A stretch of 64,000 bases of DNA, from positions 529,106 to 593,105 of the forward strand of contig JAVZYK010000001.1 of assembly GCA_038886195.1 (NCBI GenBank), written 5' to 3'. The stretch is from Candidatus Pacearchaeota archaeon. Its GTDB lineage: Archaea > Nanobdellota > Nanobdellia > Pacearchaeales > UBA284. The notes beneath the pieces are model-generated. The model did no database searches, was not told the origin of the DNA, and saw only the letters and a list, made by a program, of their open reading frames with translations. Shown here piece after piece: positions 18,788 to 28,925 of the stretch. The stretch's first letter is position 1. Each line of letters opens with the position of its first letter. A program made the position numbers and the translations under genes.

Positions 18788-19357
18788 TTAACTGCCGCAC
18801 ATTCTAATGTCAACCTCGGTTGTCGGTTTATTTGAAATTAAAAAGTAGAGGGCATCTTCTTTTTTGTAAACTAAATTGCTAACAACATAATATTTATTTT
18901 TTTCAACTCCTGTTTGCAAAAATAATGGAGGTTCGGTTTTCCAGTCTATAGTTTTTGTCGGTACTAAATGTAGTGGCTTGTTCGTTTCTATTATTTGTGC
19001 TTTTGTTAATAAATTATCTATTGTAGCGTTTTTGTGAATTTTTTTATCATAAGTTAATTCTAAAATAGTTGATTTTCCTACAGTTCTAATTACTAGTTTA
19101 TAATTTTTTGCAAAAGTGGCAGGCCAAGAAGGAAAAACTTCGCAGACGCAATCGTTTTCTTTTAATGAATTACATCTTTCTATATTTTCTACCATTATGT
19201 CAAAATTACTTTTACTTGCTTCTTCTGCTTCTTTTGGTAAACTTGCAATTAAGCCAATACCTTTTAGAAGCTCTTTTCCTGGGCCAAAGAATAAAATATA
19301 AATTACGACAAGAATTATAACTAGTCCTAAAATCCATTTTATGATTGTCCAAATCAT
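18788..19357 (-). CDS. Pilin-like membrane-anchored protein with no basic leader
   Basis: N-terminal hydrophobic helix, C..CVC motif; lies within the pilin run. Confidence 0.7.
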   Translation of the reverse strand: MIWTIIKWILGLVIILVVIYILFFGPGKELLKGIGLIASLPKEAEEASKSNFDIMVENIERCNSLKENDCVCEVFPSWPATFAKNYKLVIRTVGKSTILELTYDKKIHKNATIDNLLTKAQIIETNKPLHLVPTKTIDWKTEPPLFLQTGVEKNKYYVVSNLVYKKEDALYFLISNKPTTEVDIRMCGS

Positions 19358-19363
19358 TTTAAG

Positions 19364-19510
19364 CTATCTTCCAAATCTTATAAAGTCTTTTATCCATTCA
19401 ATTAAATTAGAGCCCTGTTTTTTTAACAAAATTGCTAGAGCAAATAAAAAGGCAAGAACTATTATGGCAATTATCCAAGCAACAACTTCCCATTCAATGC
19501 CTCTTTTCAT
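19364..19510 (-). CDS. 48-aa class III pilin
   Basis: Manually read MKRG|IEWEVVAWIIAIIVLAFLFALAILLKKQGSNLIEWIKDFIRFGR*; not in the ORF track. Confidence 0.85.
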   Translation of the reverse strand: MKRGIEWEVVAWIIAIIVLAFLFALAILLKKQGSNLIEWIKDFIRFGR

Positions 19511-19566
19511 GCAAATATGTTTCATAAAACAACAATGTTTTTTAACTTTAAAAATTTAATTAGATC

Positions 19567-20283
19567 ATGAAATGGAAAGAATGGCTTTTAGGGCTAGGAT
19601 TATTAATTCCTATAACTAATGTTGCGCAAGAAGCTGAAGAATATCCGGAATATTGGCAAGAAGAAATTGAAAGGAAAACTAATGCTGGAACGAAAATAGA
19701 TTGGAATTATTGGGAGCCCTGGGAATTTTATGTTGAAGGAGGCTCTTGGAGAGTTCTTGATGATGTTGCAATTCAGATTAAAAAAATATATCTTGATTCT
19801 CTAATAGATCCTTTACCTCCTGATGATCCACCAGGAAAAGAAATGAGAAGATATTATCTTGTTATAGATGCTTCTTTTAGAGCTTTAAATAATAACAAGA
19901 CAATTGATCCGGCTTCGGATTTTTTATTAAAAGATGAAAAGAGAGAAATATGTAGTTCTGATTATGAAGGTCGTGATGTAAATGGTTTTCCAAAATTAGG
20001 AAATAGAGTTTCAATGTACGAAAAACTAAATCCAGGAAAACTTAAAAGAATTTATCCACACAGTTCTTATTCTGATAAAATAACTGTTGGAGCTGCCAGA
20101 GAATTTGCTGTTTCAAGGAAAATCTGTTTTGCTATTGGTGAAAATGAGATTTATGGAAATGGAAGAAGAATTAGTTCCTATCTAAATGAAAATCTTTGGC
20201 TTTGTTATGGTAGAGGCTCTATTCCTTTAACAAATATTGAAAACATTTTGAGAGAAGGTTATTACGAAGAACACGAAGAATAA
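19567..20283 (+). CDS. Hypothetical secreted protein
   Basis: Sec-type signal peptide (MKWKEWLLGLGLLIPITNVA). Confidence 0.65.
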   Translation: MKWKEWLLGLGLLIPITNVAQEAEEYPEYWQEEIERKTNAGTKIDWNYWEPWEFYVEGGSWRVLDDVAIQIKKIYLDSLIDPLPPDDPPGKEMRRYYLVIDASFRALNNNKTIDPASDFLLKDEKREICSSDYEGRDVNGFPKLGNRVSMYEKLNPGKLKRIYPHSSYSDKITVGAAREFAVSRKICFAIGENEIYGNGRRISSYLNENLWLCYGRGSIPLTNIENILREGYYEEHEE

Positions 20284-20334
20284 TTTGCTTTTTAAAGCTG
20301 TTTCTTATTTATTTTATAAAAATGATTTTTTGAA

Positions 20335-22500
20335 CTAAATAATTCCCGAAATAGCAACTGCCGCAAGAGCGCCGAGGGCTATTATTGCCATAAAAGCAGC
20401 TATAACATACAAAGTTATGCCAGTCATAAGCATTTTACTTATTTGATATTTTTCACTTAATCTATCTTCTCCCGATTCTATTGTTACAAGAGTCTGTGTT
20501 AAAATAAATATTATTTCAATAAGATAAATACCAACAATTATTTGAAGCCAATAAGGAGGAATCATTTTTACTACATTAAACATAGAGGTTATCATTCCAA
20601 CATTGCCAAAACCAGCTATAGTTTGCTCAGCACTTAATTCGCCACTCTCGATCATTAATTGTAAAGTTCCAAGAATGATTGTAATCATACTTGCCAATCC
20701 AACAACTATTGCTGCAAGCAAAGGAGCAAGAAAAGTCATGTTACTTTTCATACCGCTTGTTATTTCTGCCAACAGATCTTTAAGCCTTTCATTTACTTTA
20801 TGAATATTTTTAACATAATCGCTTATTGCCATTAGGGCTCTTGCCGCAACTTGCAAACCTTTTTTTACTGATTCTATCAAAATTTGCATACTGGTTCTTA
20901 GTAGCTCAGAAGGATAATAGTTTATAGCTCCTCTAGATTTATTGAATATTGCTTCTTCTACACTCATGCCTGCTTGTTGAATATTTATGTTAACTGTGTT
21001 AAAAAAGCCCGCGGCCGGAGTGCCTTTAAGGCTATAGGCAACTCTTCCGAATGCCATTTCTGCAGGAATGCCGTCTGCAAGCCTATTGCCTAGTTGAAAA
21101 ATAGCAGAAGAGAATTCCTGTTCTAGTGTTTTTGTTTGATTTCTAACAATTATGAGTTTTTGTGTTTTTAATTTATACGCTATAGCAAAGAAAAGTGCAA
21201 TTGAAAGAGGAATAAAGATGCTTAAAAGCAACGCTATAGGGCCAAAAGGTCCTACAGTAGCATCAGTCTCAGGATCTACTTTAAAGTCAAATATTGTTTG
21301 ATTTCCAAAAAAACTTAAGCCTAGTTGTTCGAAACTGTAGTCTGATTGTATGCCTAAAGCATCAGCCATGCCATAATGTAAAAGTAATGGCAGAATTCCA
21401 AGAATAAAGAAAGGCAAAGCAATAATGGCTGCCGTGAAATAGTGGCTTTTATCTTGATAATTTCTGTATTCTGGATTTCTTTCTAAAAGTTCTGTTTCAC
21501 CGAAACCGCCGGGACGTTTACTTAAAATTTGATTTGTCATATAAAAAACAAAAAAAGGAACTATTATGTTAAATAGAAGCGCAACATGATACCATTTAAT
21601 TGCTCCTTGTAATAGTGTAGAAGCAAGAGGCAATAGTGCCAAACCAAGAGTTGGTAAAACTATTCCTAACATGTAGATATTTGTTATTGGTGATTTTACA
21701 TCATGAGTGTAATGCATCATTTTTTCATAAACGCCGTCTAGAATTACTTCAAGCGCTTTTTCAAGTATTGCAATTCTTCTATGTTCATTAGGTTCATAAA
21801 GAGAAGATTCAATCATATGAATAGATTCAACAAATTCCATAGAATAATCGCGCCAATTTTCAAGATATGCATCTAGAGCATCTTTTATTGTAGGAAATTT
21901 TGCTGTCTCAACATCCCAAAAAATTTTTTTTAAATCAAGCGACAAAGGCGGTTGTAAATGTTGAGAAGCGAATCTTATTGCTCTTTCTAAATTGCTAGTG
22001 TGTCTCATATAAATGACTATATAAAGAATACAAGAAACCATTTGCGATGATGCTTTTAAACGCCATTTTTGTGCAATTCTCGTAGGCAGTGTGTTAAGAT
22101 AATAAAACAAGAAGAAAGATACAAATAGTAATAACATAAAAAGAAGAAATGGAAAACTTTCAGTAAAGAAAAAAATCGCAACCGATGTGAGAAGAGATAT
22201 TAAAATAGAAACTATAAGAGCAAAGACAGCTAATCCGGCAGCTTCGCTCGGCTCTATTTCAAGATGAGCAGTTTTGAGATCTTTGGATATTCTTTCTTCA
22301 TCTTTAGATGAAAGTTTCAACTTTAAAATTTTACCAAAATTTTTACAAGCTCGCTCATAAGAGCTAAGTGGCGCAAGAGTTTCTGTGCGAAATTTTCTAT
22401 ATTCTACAGAATAATCGCTTGGAGCTTCTTCTCGAAGTTCTTTTTCTATTTTAGTTTCAAATTTTTTCAAAATATCTTTTAGTTCTTCTTTACTAACCAT
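20335..22500 (-). CDS. Type IV pilus membrane platform protein (TadC/ArlJ/GspF-like, two repeats)
   Basis: Two cytoplasmic-domain plus TM modules; LGNRLADGIPAEMAF, SNLERAIRFA; next to the pilin cluster. Confidence 0.85.
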   Translation of the reverse strand: MVSKEELKDILKKFETKIEKELREEAPSDYSVEYRKFRTETLAPLSSYERACKNFGKILKLKLSSKDEERISKDLKTAHLEIEPSEAAGLAVFALIVSILISLLTSVAIFFFTESFPFLLFMLLLFVSFFLFYYLNTLPTRIAQKWRLKASSQMVSCILYIVIYMRHTSNLERAIRFASQHLQPPLSLDLKKIFWDVETAKFPTIKDALDAYLENWRDYSMEFVESIHMIESSLYEPNEHRRIAILEKALEVILDGVYEKMMHYTHDVKSPITNIYMLGIVLPTLGLALLPLASTLLQGAIKWYHVALLFNIIVPFFVFYMTNQILSKRPGGFGETELLERNPEYRNYQDKSHYFTAAIIALPFFILGILPLLLHYGMADALGIQSDYSFEQLGLSFFGNQTIFDFKVDPETDATVGPFGPIALLLSIFIPLSIALFFAIAYKLKTQKLIIVRNQTKTLEQEFSSAIFQLGNRLADGIPAEMAFGRVAYSLKGTPAAGFFNTVNINIQQAGMSVEEAIFNKSRGAINYYPSELLRTSMQILIESVKKGLQVAARALMAISDYVKNIHKVNERLKDLLAEITSGMKSNMTFLAPLLAAIVVGLASMITIILGTLQLMIESGELSAEQTIAGFGNVGMITSMFNVVKMIPPYWLQIIVGIYLIEIIFILTQTLVTIESGEDRLSEKYQISKMLMTGITLYVIAAFMAIIALGALAAVAISGII

Positions 22501-22622
22501 TGTTTCCTCTTTTTTCTTTTTAATAAAAATAAACAGATTATAAAAAGATTTCTTTATAATAGCAAAAAATATATAAAGTCGTTTCTTTTTGAAAATTAAT
22601 AAATGTCAGAATAAATAAAAAG

Positions 22623-22907
22623 ATGGCATTAAAAATTTTAAGAATAAGCGAAGTTATTGGAATGAAAGTTTTTACTGATGGTGGCGACTATCTCGGTACA
22701 GTAGAAGAAGCAAATATAATTGAAAATAAAATTGATGGATGGAGAATCAGAATAGCAAAAGATAGTAGTTTAATTGCTTTGTTAGGAGGAGCCAGAGGTT
22801 TAATCATTCCTCATCAATATGTAAAAGCCTTTGGCGAAGTGATTATAATAAGCAAAGCAGCTGTTCCAGTAACAGAAGAAAAAGTAGAAGAGGCAATTAC
22901 AGAGTAA
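22623..22907 (+). CDS. PRC-barrel domain protein (CdpB-like cell division candidate)
   Basis: GMKVFTDGGDYLGTV...IIP...VKAFGEVIII pattern. Confidence 0.85.
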   Translation: MALKILRISEVIGMKVFTDGGDYLGTVEEANIIENKIDGWRIRIAKDSSLIALLGGARGLIIPHQYVKAFGEVIIISKAAVPVTEEKVEEAITE

Positions 22908-22947
22908 TCTCTGTGAATAAAAAATAGATAGTTGGTGTTACAGAAAA

Positions 22948-23430
22948 ATGGCCGATGTCCAAATTAGTTTATTTACCCATCCTTTTTTAACAAATTTCTT
23001 ACTTCCATTTTTATTAGTATTTGTTGTTATTTTTGCTATACTTGAAAAGTCTAATGTGCTTGGTGAAGGCAAAAAATATGCTAACTTAATCGTAGCTATA
23101 GTTATAGGATTGCTCTTTATAGGTATGCAAAGTGTTGTTGGTTTTACCATTAAACTTTTGCCTTTAGTAGCAGTGTTGGTGGTTGTTTTACTAGGCTATT
23201 ATATTATTTTCGGCTTTATTGGAATTCATGAAAAGACTGGTTTAAAAATTACTTTAGGCATAGTTTTTGGTTTAGCTTTAATAATTTCAATTTTATGGGC
23301 AACCGGAGTATTGGAAAAGATTGGCGGATCTTTTTCTCCAGAAACTGTTGGAACGATTATTTTTTTAGCTATTTTAGGAGGAGCAATAGCGTTAGTTTTG
23401 ACTACAAAAGTAAAAGAAAAAGGAGAATAA
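22948..23430 (+). CDS. Multi-TM membrane protein, paralog 1 of 3
   Basis: LLPFLLVFVVIFAILEKS.VLGE motif shared with the next two genes. Confidence 0.75.
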   Translation: MADVQISLFTHPFLTNFLLPFLLVFVVIFAILEKSNVLGEGKKYANLIVAIVIGLLFIGMQSVVGFTIKLLPLVAVLVVVLLGYYIIFGFIGIHEKTGLKITLGIVFGLALIISILWATGVLEKIGGSFSPETVGTIIFLAILGGAIALVLTTKVKEKGE

Positions 23431-23499
23431 CAAAAAAAGCAAAATATAAAAAGGTACTTTATTTAATATTTAAGAATAAGATATAGAAAAGAGGAAAAA

Positions 23500-24039
23500 A
23501 TGGTGGATGGTTTTTATTTTGGTGGAATGACTGAATTTAGACAAGTTATAGAACAGTGGGCCCAATTTGGTTTGTTCGATGTGCTTTTGCCTTTATTGTT
23601 AGTTTTTACACTTGTTTTTGCAATTTTAGAGAAAATCAACATATTTAAAAATAGAGGAGTTCATCTTGTAATTTCTCTTGTATTGGCATTTTTTGCAATA
23701 ACAAATCCGGTTGTTTCAGTATTTTTTATGTATCTGTTTTCTAATTTGGCAATAGGCGTTGCAATTATATTGGCGATGATCGTGTTAGTTGGTTTTGCAT
23801 TAAAACCAGAAGGAGACACTTGGCAATGGGTTTTCGGAATAGGAGGAGCATTTTTACTTCTCATAGCTTTAGCAAAATCAGGATTTTTTACTTATGTTTT
23901 TGGTCCTAATGCTTGGTATTGGATGCAACAAAATGCTTCATGGATGATTTTACTAATTATAATTGCTCTTGCCGTGATTGGAGTGGTTGTAGGAGTCGGT
24001 GGAGAGAAAGGAAAATCATTTAAAATATCTCAAGAATAA
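23500..24039 (+). CDS. Multi-TM membrane protein, paralog 2 of 3
   Basis: LLPLLLVFTLVFAILEK motif; GAGG RBS. Confidence 0.75.
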   Translation: MVDGFYFGGMTEFRQVIEQWAQFGLFDVLLPLLLVFTLVFAILEKINIFKNRGVHLVISLVLAFFAITNPVVSVFFMYLFSNLAIGVAIILAMIVLVGFALKPEGDTWQWVFGIGGAFLLLIALAKSGFFTYVFGPNAWYWMQQNASWMILLIIIALAVIGVVVGVGGEKGKSFKISQE

Positions 24040-24086
24040 ATTTTTAATATAAAAAATAAAAAAACTAAGAGTCAATAAAAGTTAAA

Positions 24087-24569
24087 ATGGTAGAAATCGA
24101 TTTAAGCGGAATTGCAGCATTTGTTCCAATTTTCGGCTTTTTACTTGTTTTTGCAGTTGTTTATGCTTTGTTAGGTAAAACGAAAGTTTTAGGAGAAAAT
24201 AAGTTTGTTCATATTTTTGTTAGTTTTGCCGTAGCCATAATATTTCTCGTATCTGCAAATGCTATAGAGTATGTTAAAGTTGCTACTCCTTGGTTTGCAG
24301 CTTTTATTGTTTCGTTGTTGTTTATAGCTTTAGTTGTAGGTTTGATAAAAGGAAATGTAGAAGAATTTTTTAAAGGTAAAGGATTTGCTTGGTTTGTGAT
24401 TATTGTATTGATTGTAATTTTCGTATTTTCTGCAATATATGTTTTTGCTGATGTGATTAATAAATATTTTGGACAACCGAAATCTCTTTTATTAGAACCT
24501 CAAATTTTAGGAGTATTGGTTCTTATTGGGATAACTGTTTTTGTTTCTTGGCTTTTAACAAAAAAATAG
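24087..24569 (+). CDS. Multi-TM membrane protein, paralog 3 of 3
   Basis: FLLVFAVVYALLGKTKVLGE motif. Confidence 0.75.
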   Translation: MVEIDLSGIAAFVPIFGFLLVFAVVYALLGKTKVLGENKFVHIFVSFAVAIIFLVSANAIEYVKVATPWFAAFIVSLLFIALVVGLIKGNVEEFFKGKGFAWFVIIVLIVIFVFSAIYVFADVINKYFGQPKSLLLEPQILGVLVLIGITVFVSWLLTKK

Positions 24570-24600
24570 TTGTGTTTCATGTATTTATATAATAAATAGG

Positions 24601-25971
24601 CTATAAAATTCTTCTTCCTAATTTTTGTGCTAGTTTTCTTAAAGTTTTTTGATCAATTTGACCTGAAGCCAAATTTGACACGCCTGCGGTTTGGCTCGTA
24701 ATTAGTTCTTTCATTAGCTTGTATTGTTTTATCATTTCTCTTATTTCGTTAGTTGGTACATTCGAGCCTTTTGAGATTCTGGCAATTCTACTAGAATTTA
24801 ATATTTCAGGGTTTTCTCTTTCATAAGGAGTCATTGAGTCTATAGCATATTTCCATCTTTTGAGTTTAGCTTCTTGAATTTCAAACATATTTGGCATTTT
24901 TGTTTTAAAACCACTCATTCCTGGAATTAGCTCAGCTAATTTATCTAAAGGACCCATGTTTTGCATCGCTTTTATTTGATCATACAAATCATTCAATGTA
25001 AATTTTCCTTCTTCAAGTCTTGATTTTATTTTTTCTTGTTGTTTTTTTTCTATTGCAAGTTTGGCCTTTTCAATTAGAGCCTTAATATCACCCATTCCTA
25101 ACAGTCTTGAAACAAATGATGTAGGATTAAAAACTTCAATATCTTGAAGCTTTTCTCCTGTACCAATAAAAAGCACATGCGAATTGGTTTCATGACATGA
25201 GGCAAGAGCACCACCACCTTTAGCTGTACCATCAAGTCTTGTTATTATAACGCCATTGATTGGGCAGGCTTTTTTGAAACCCTGGGCTTGAGTAGCGGCT
25301 GATTTACCTATGTCTGCCGCCATAACTAAAATTATCAAATCAGGTTTAATTTCATGGTAAAGCTGATTAATTTCGTGTATCAATGAAGCATTTAAAACAT
25401 CACGACCAGCAGTATCTATTATAACAGCATCATATTGCTTTATTTTATTTTCAAATTTTTTCCAAATAGCCAGAGAATTTTTTTCCTGTTTGTCAATAAA
25501 ACAAGGCAAATTTGCTTTAACTGCTAATTGTTCTAGCTGTTCTGGAGCAGCAGGCCTATGAACGTCTAAACCCAATAAACAAGTTTTGTAGCCTCTTTTA
25601 CTGTAATAAAAAGCCAGCTTGGCTGCGGTTGTTGTTTTTCCACAACCATAAAGGCCAAGAAGCATTATTTTGAACGGCTTTTTTTTCTTGTCTATTTTAA
25701 CTTCATATTCTTCTTTACCTAGAATTTCTACAAGTTCGTCGTAAATTAATTTAACTAAATGTTCTTTCTTTTCTAATCCTGTTATTTTTTCTTCAGCCTT
25801 TTTCTTTATTTTTTCAATCAATTCTTGAACTAGTTTAGTATCAACATCTGCTTCTAGAAGTGAGCGTTGTAATTCTTTACAGATTTCTTCAATAGTCTTT
25901 TTATCAATAAAAATAGCGCCAGCTATTTTTGATACTGTTCTTTTTAATGCATCTCCTAATTTGTCTAACAT
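24601..25971 (-). CDS. srp54: Signal recognition particle protein SRP54
   Basis: GLYGCGKTT, DTAGR, TRLDGTAKGGG, M domain (IDSMT..ER..P, SRIARI..GS). Confidence 0.97.
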   Translation of the reverse strand: MLDKLGDALKRTVSKIAGAIFIDKKTIEEICKELQRSLLEADVDTKLVQELIEKIKKKAEEKITGLEKKEHLVKLIYDELVEILGKEEYEVKIDKKKKPFKIMLLGLYGCGKTTTAAKLAFYYSKRGYKTCLLGLDVHRPAAPEQLEQLAVKANLPCFIDKQEKNSLAIWKKFENKIKQYDAVIIDTAGRDVLNASLIHEINQLYHEIKPDLIILVMAADIGKSAATQAQGFKKACPINGVIITRLDGTAKGGGALASCHETNSHVLFIGTGEKLQDIEVFNPTSFVSRLLGMGDIKALIEKAKLAIEKKQQEKIKSRLEEGKFTLNDLYDQIKAMQNMGPLDKLAELIPGMSGFKTKMPNMFEIQEAKLKRWKYAIDSMTPYERENPEILNSSRIARISKGSNVPTNEIREMIKQYKLMKELITSQTAGVSNLASGQIDQKTLRKLAQKLGRRIL

Positions 25972-26047
25972 CTATATTTAAAAAATACAATTATTTATAA
26001 AAGTTTATAAACTAGATAATTTAATAAAAATTAAAAAAGAGAAAAAA

Positions 26048-26953
26048 ATGAGGAAACTTTTTATTTCGATTAAATTTATTATGATCATTGAAATGGTTTT
26101 ATTTTTCTTATTTCTATTTTCAATTCAAAATGTAAAAGCCATTACAGAAAGACATGCTAGAGTTGACGTATCTTTTTTAAATCAAAATCCTTATCCAGCG
26201 CAGCCGAATGATTACGTAGAATTAGTTTTTAAAATAGAAAACACTGGCGGAGTTGATGTACATGATGTTCTTGTAGAATTGTTGCCAGAATATCCTTTTT
26301 CTTTAGATGTTGGAGTAAATGCTGTTAGAAATATAGGTAATTTAACATTAGTGCAATATGGCGAAAAAGCGGTTTTTATTAAATATAAAGTTAGAGTTGA
26401 TAAAGATGCTATAGATGGTGAAAATAAAATAAAGTTGAGATATGTTTACGATAGTGGCGGAAAATGGGATAATTATATGATTAAAGAATTCAATGTTACT
26501 ATCGAAGATCCTAAAACAGATTTCGATATAGCAATTCAAGATTATTCACCGATTACAGGAACTTTATCTATTGCGGTTTCAAATATAGGAAAAAAGGATG
26601 CGAAATCTGTTACTGTTATGTTGCCAGAACAGAATTCTATAGATATTATAGGTTCAAATAAAGAAATTACTGGGGGTATTGAACAAAACGATTACACTAT
26701 AGTTTCATTTAAAGTGATTCCAAAAGAAGATGGGCCAATTATAGTGAAAATAAGTTATACAGATTCTATTGGAATTAGAAGAGAAGTAGAAAAAGCCATT
26801 TTATTCAAGGCATCTAGTTACAATTATAAATTAACTAAAGAAGCTACAGCAAATAGCAAAGCTTTAGTTTATATAGGTGTTGGAGTTGTAGGAGTGATTG
26901 TTGTTTTGGTATTGTTGGGAATTCTCAGAAAAAGAAGAAAAACGCATAATTAA
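26048..26953 (+). CDS. COG1361-like S-layer/CARDB-domain membrane-anchored protein
   Basis: Signal peptide, QNPYPAQP...IENTG, Ig-like repeats, C-terminal TM with basic tail; precedes a MacB-type ABC pair. Confidence 0.75.
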   Translation: MRKLFISIKFIMIIEMVLFFLFLFSIQNVKAITERHARVDVSFLNQNPYPAQPNDYVELVFKIENTGGVDVHDVLVELLPEYPFSLDVGVNAVRNIGNLTLVQYGEKAVFIKYKVRVDKDAIDGENKIKLRYVYDSGGKWDNYMIKEFNVTIEDPKTDFDIAIQDYSPITGTLSIAVSNIGKKDAKSVTVMLPEQNSIDIIGSNKEITGGIEQNDYTIVSFKVIPKEDGPIIVKISYTDSIGIRREVEKAILFKASSYNYKLTKEATANSKALVYIGVGVVGVIVVLVLLGILRKRRKTHN

Positions 26954-26956
26954 AAG

Positions 26957-28192
26957 ATGAAATTTAAAGATTCGCTAAAATTTGCCTTAAACAATCTAAC
27001 TACTAGAGGTCTTAGAAGTTGGTTAACTATAATAGGTGTTGTAATTGGTGTTGCAGCTATTGTAGCTATAGTTTCAGTAGGACAGGGATTGCAAGAAACA
27101 ATTTCTTTGCAATTGGGTGCTTTGGGAGGAGATCAAGTTTATATTATGGCGGGAAGCGCCTTTGAAGGAGGCTTTATACAAGGTGCTAAAGAACCTGGTG
27201 AGTTGACTGATGTTGATTTAAAAAATATTAAAGCAGTAGAAGGAGTTATTTATGCAGCTCCAGATACTTTTGGTTTTGTAAATGTCAAATATTTGGGTGA
27301 AACTAAAAGGCTTTATCTTATAGGTACTGATGAAAATTGGATTAAAGTTAGAGAAGCAAGCGTAAAGATGAAAGAAGGAAGATTTCTTAAAGATGGCGAC
27401 AAAGGTGTGGCGGTTTTAGGCTATCGTGCTGCTAAAGAAATTTTTAATAAAGACATATTTGTTGGTTCACAAATTAAAATTGAAAATGAAAGCTTTAAAG
27501 TTATAGGAATAATGGAAGAAATAGGAGGGATTGGAGGCGCACAAGAAGATAAATCTGTTTTTTTAAGTTTAGAAGATTCAGAGCCTTATGTAGGCGGTTT
27601 TGGAGTTGATAATTATTATGCTATAGAAGTAAGAGTAGAACCAGAAAGAACAGATGAAATTGCTGAGAAAATTAAAGAAAAATTAATGGTAACAAGACAT
27701 GTAAAAGAAGAAAATATTGATTTTAGTGTCTATACTCCCAAAATAATTACGGCAACAGTGCTTAGTATTGTAGGAACTATTAATTTGTTCGTTTATGGAA
27801 TTGCAGCAATTTCTTTAGTTGTCGGAGCTGTTGGTATTGCCAATACCATGTTTACTTCGGTTATGGAAAGAACAAGACAAATAGGAATTTTAAAAGCTCT
27901 TGGTATGACTAATAAAGATGTTATGAACTTATTTTTAATAGAATCTGCACTTATTGGATTAGTTGGTGGTGTTATTGGGCTATTTATTGGTTTTATATTT
28001 TCTGGAATAATAGGTTATGTCGCTTCAATTTTTTTAGCAGGTACGAGAATAAGCGGAATGATGGTTTCAATTAGTCCGATGTTAGTTGTTTTCTCTTTAA
28101 TATTTTCAACAGCGATAGGAATAGTTTCAGGAATTTTACCAGCAAGAAGAGCGGCAAGACTGGAACCTGTTGAAGCTTTGCGATATGAGTAA
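26957..28192 (+). CDS. MacB/FtsX-family ABC transporter permease
   Basis: [45 protein letters not shown]. Confidence 0.95.
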   Translation: MKFKDSLKFALNNLTTRGLRSWLTIIGVVIGVAAIVAIVSVGQGLQETISLQLGALGGDQVYIMAGSAFEGGFIQGAKEPGELTDVDLKNIKAVEGVIYAAPDTFGFVNVKYLGETKRLYLIGTDENWIKVREASVKMKEGRFLKDGDKGVAVLGYRAAKEIFNKDIFVGSQIKIENESFKVIGIMEEIGGIGGAQEDKSVFLSLEDSEPYVGGFGVDNYYAIEVRVEPERTDEIAEKIKEKLMVTRHVKEENIDFSVYTPKIITATVLSIVGTINLFVYGIAAISLVVGAVGIANTMFTSVMERTRQIGILKALGMTNKDVMNLFLIESALIGLVGGVIGLFIGFIFSGIIGYVASIFLAGTRISGMMVSISPMLVVFSLIFSTAIGIVSGILPARRAARLEPVEALRYE

Positions 28193-28910
28193 GAAAAAAA
28201 TAAAAATGAAAGAAAAAGAAATAGCTTTACGTGTAGAAAATTTAACAAAAATATATGATTTAGGAGAAATAAAAGTCAAAGCAGTTGATGATGTCACTTT
28301 TTCTGTTCCTAAGAATAAAGTTATAGCCATAATGGGTCCTAGCGGGTCTGGTAAATCAACTCTTCTGCATTTAATTGGATGTTTAGATAAACCTACAAAA
28401 GGCAAAGTTTATATTGATAACATTGATACTTCCAAACTTAATGACAATCAACTTGCCAAATTAAGAAATGAAAAAATAGGTTTTGTATTTCAATTTTTTA
28501 ATTTACATCCTCTACTTACAGCTATAGAAAATGTTGAACTGCCAGAAACAATTAAAGGCATTAATGAGAATGAAAGAAAAAAGAAAGCTCTAGAGTTATT
28601 AAAACTTGTTGGATTAGAAACAAGAGCAAATCATTTTCCCAATCAGCTAAGTGGAGGAGAACAACAGAGAGTTGCTATAGCCAGAGCATTGATAAATGAT
28701 CCTTCTATAATTCTGGCTGATGAACCGACTGGTAATCTAGATACTAAATCAAGCCACGAGATTATGAAATTGTTAGTTAAACTGAAAGAAAAGGCAACAA
28801 TAATTGTTATAACGCACGATATTGATATTGCAGAACATGCAGATCATATTATAAAAATTAGAGATGGCAAGATTGAGTATATTGACGGATTTAAAAGAAA
28901 ATTGCTTTGA
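28185..28910 (+). CDS. ABC transporter ATP-binding protein (LolD/MacB type)
   Basis: [36 protein letters not shown] at 28185. Confidence 0.95.
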   Translation: MSKKKIKMKEKEIALRVENLTKIYDLGEIKVKAVDDVTFSVPKNKVIAIMGPSGSGKSTLLHLIGCLDKPTKGKVYIDNIDTSKLNDNQLAKLRNEKIGFVFQFFNLHPLLTAIENVELPETIKGINENERKKKALELLKLVGLETRANHFPNQLSGGEQQRVAIARALINDPSIILADEPTGNLDTKSSHEIMKLLVKLKEKATIIVITHDIDIAEHADHIIKIRDGKIEYIDGFKRKLL

Positions 28911-28925
28911 TTATTTTAATCTTTT

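Noticed and set aside
16899..19510. Genome-wide TAG recoding
   Set aside because: Conserved genes such as srp54, rps15 and rps27e end at TAG at their expected C-termini and show no internal TAG
4049..22500. Archaellum (motility) locus
   Set aside because: No recognisable archaellin, ArlH or ArlF/G sequence; the substrates look like diverse pilins
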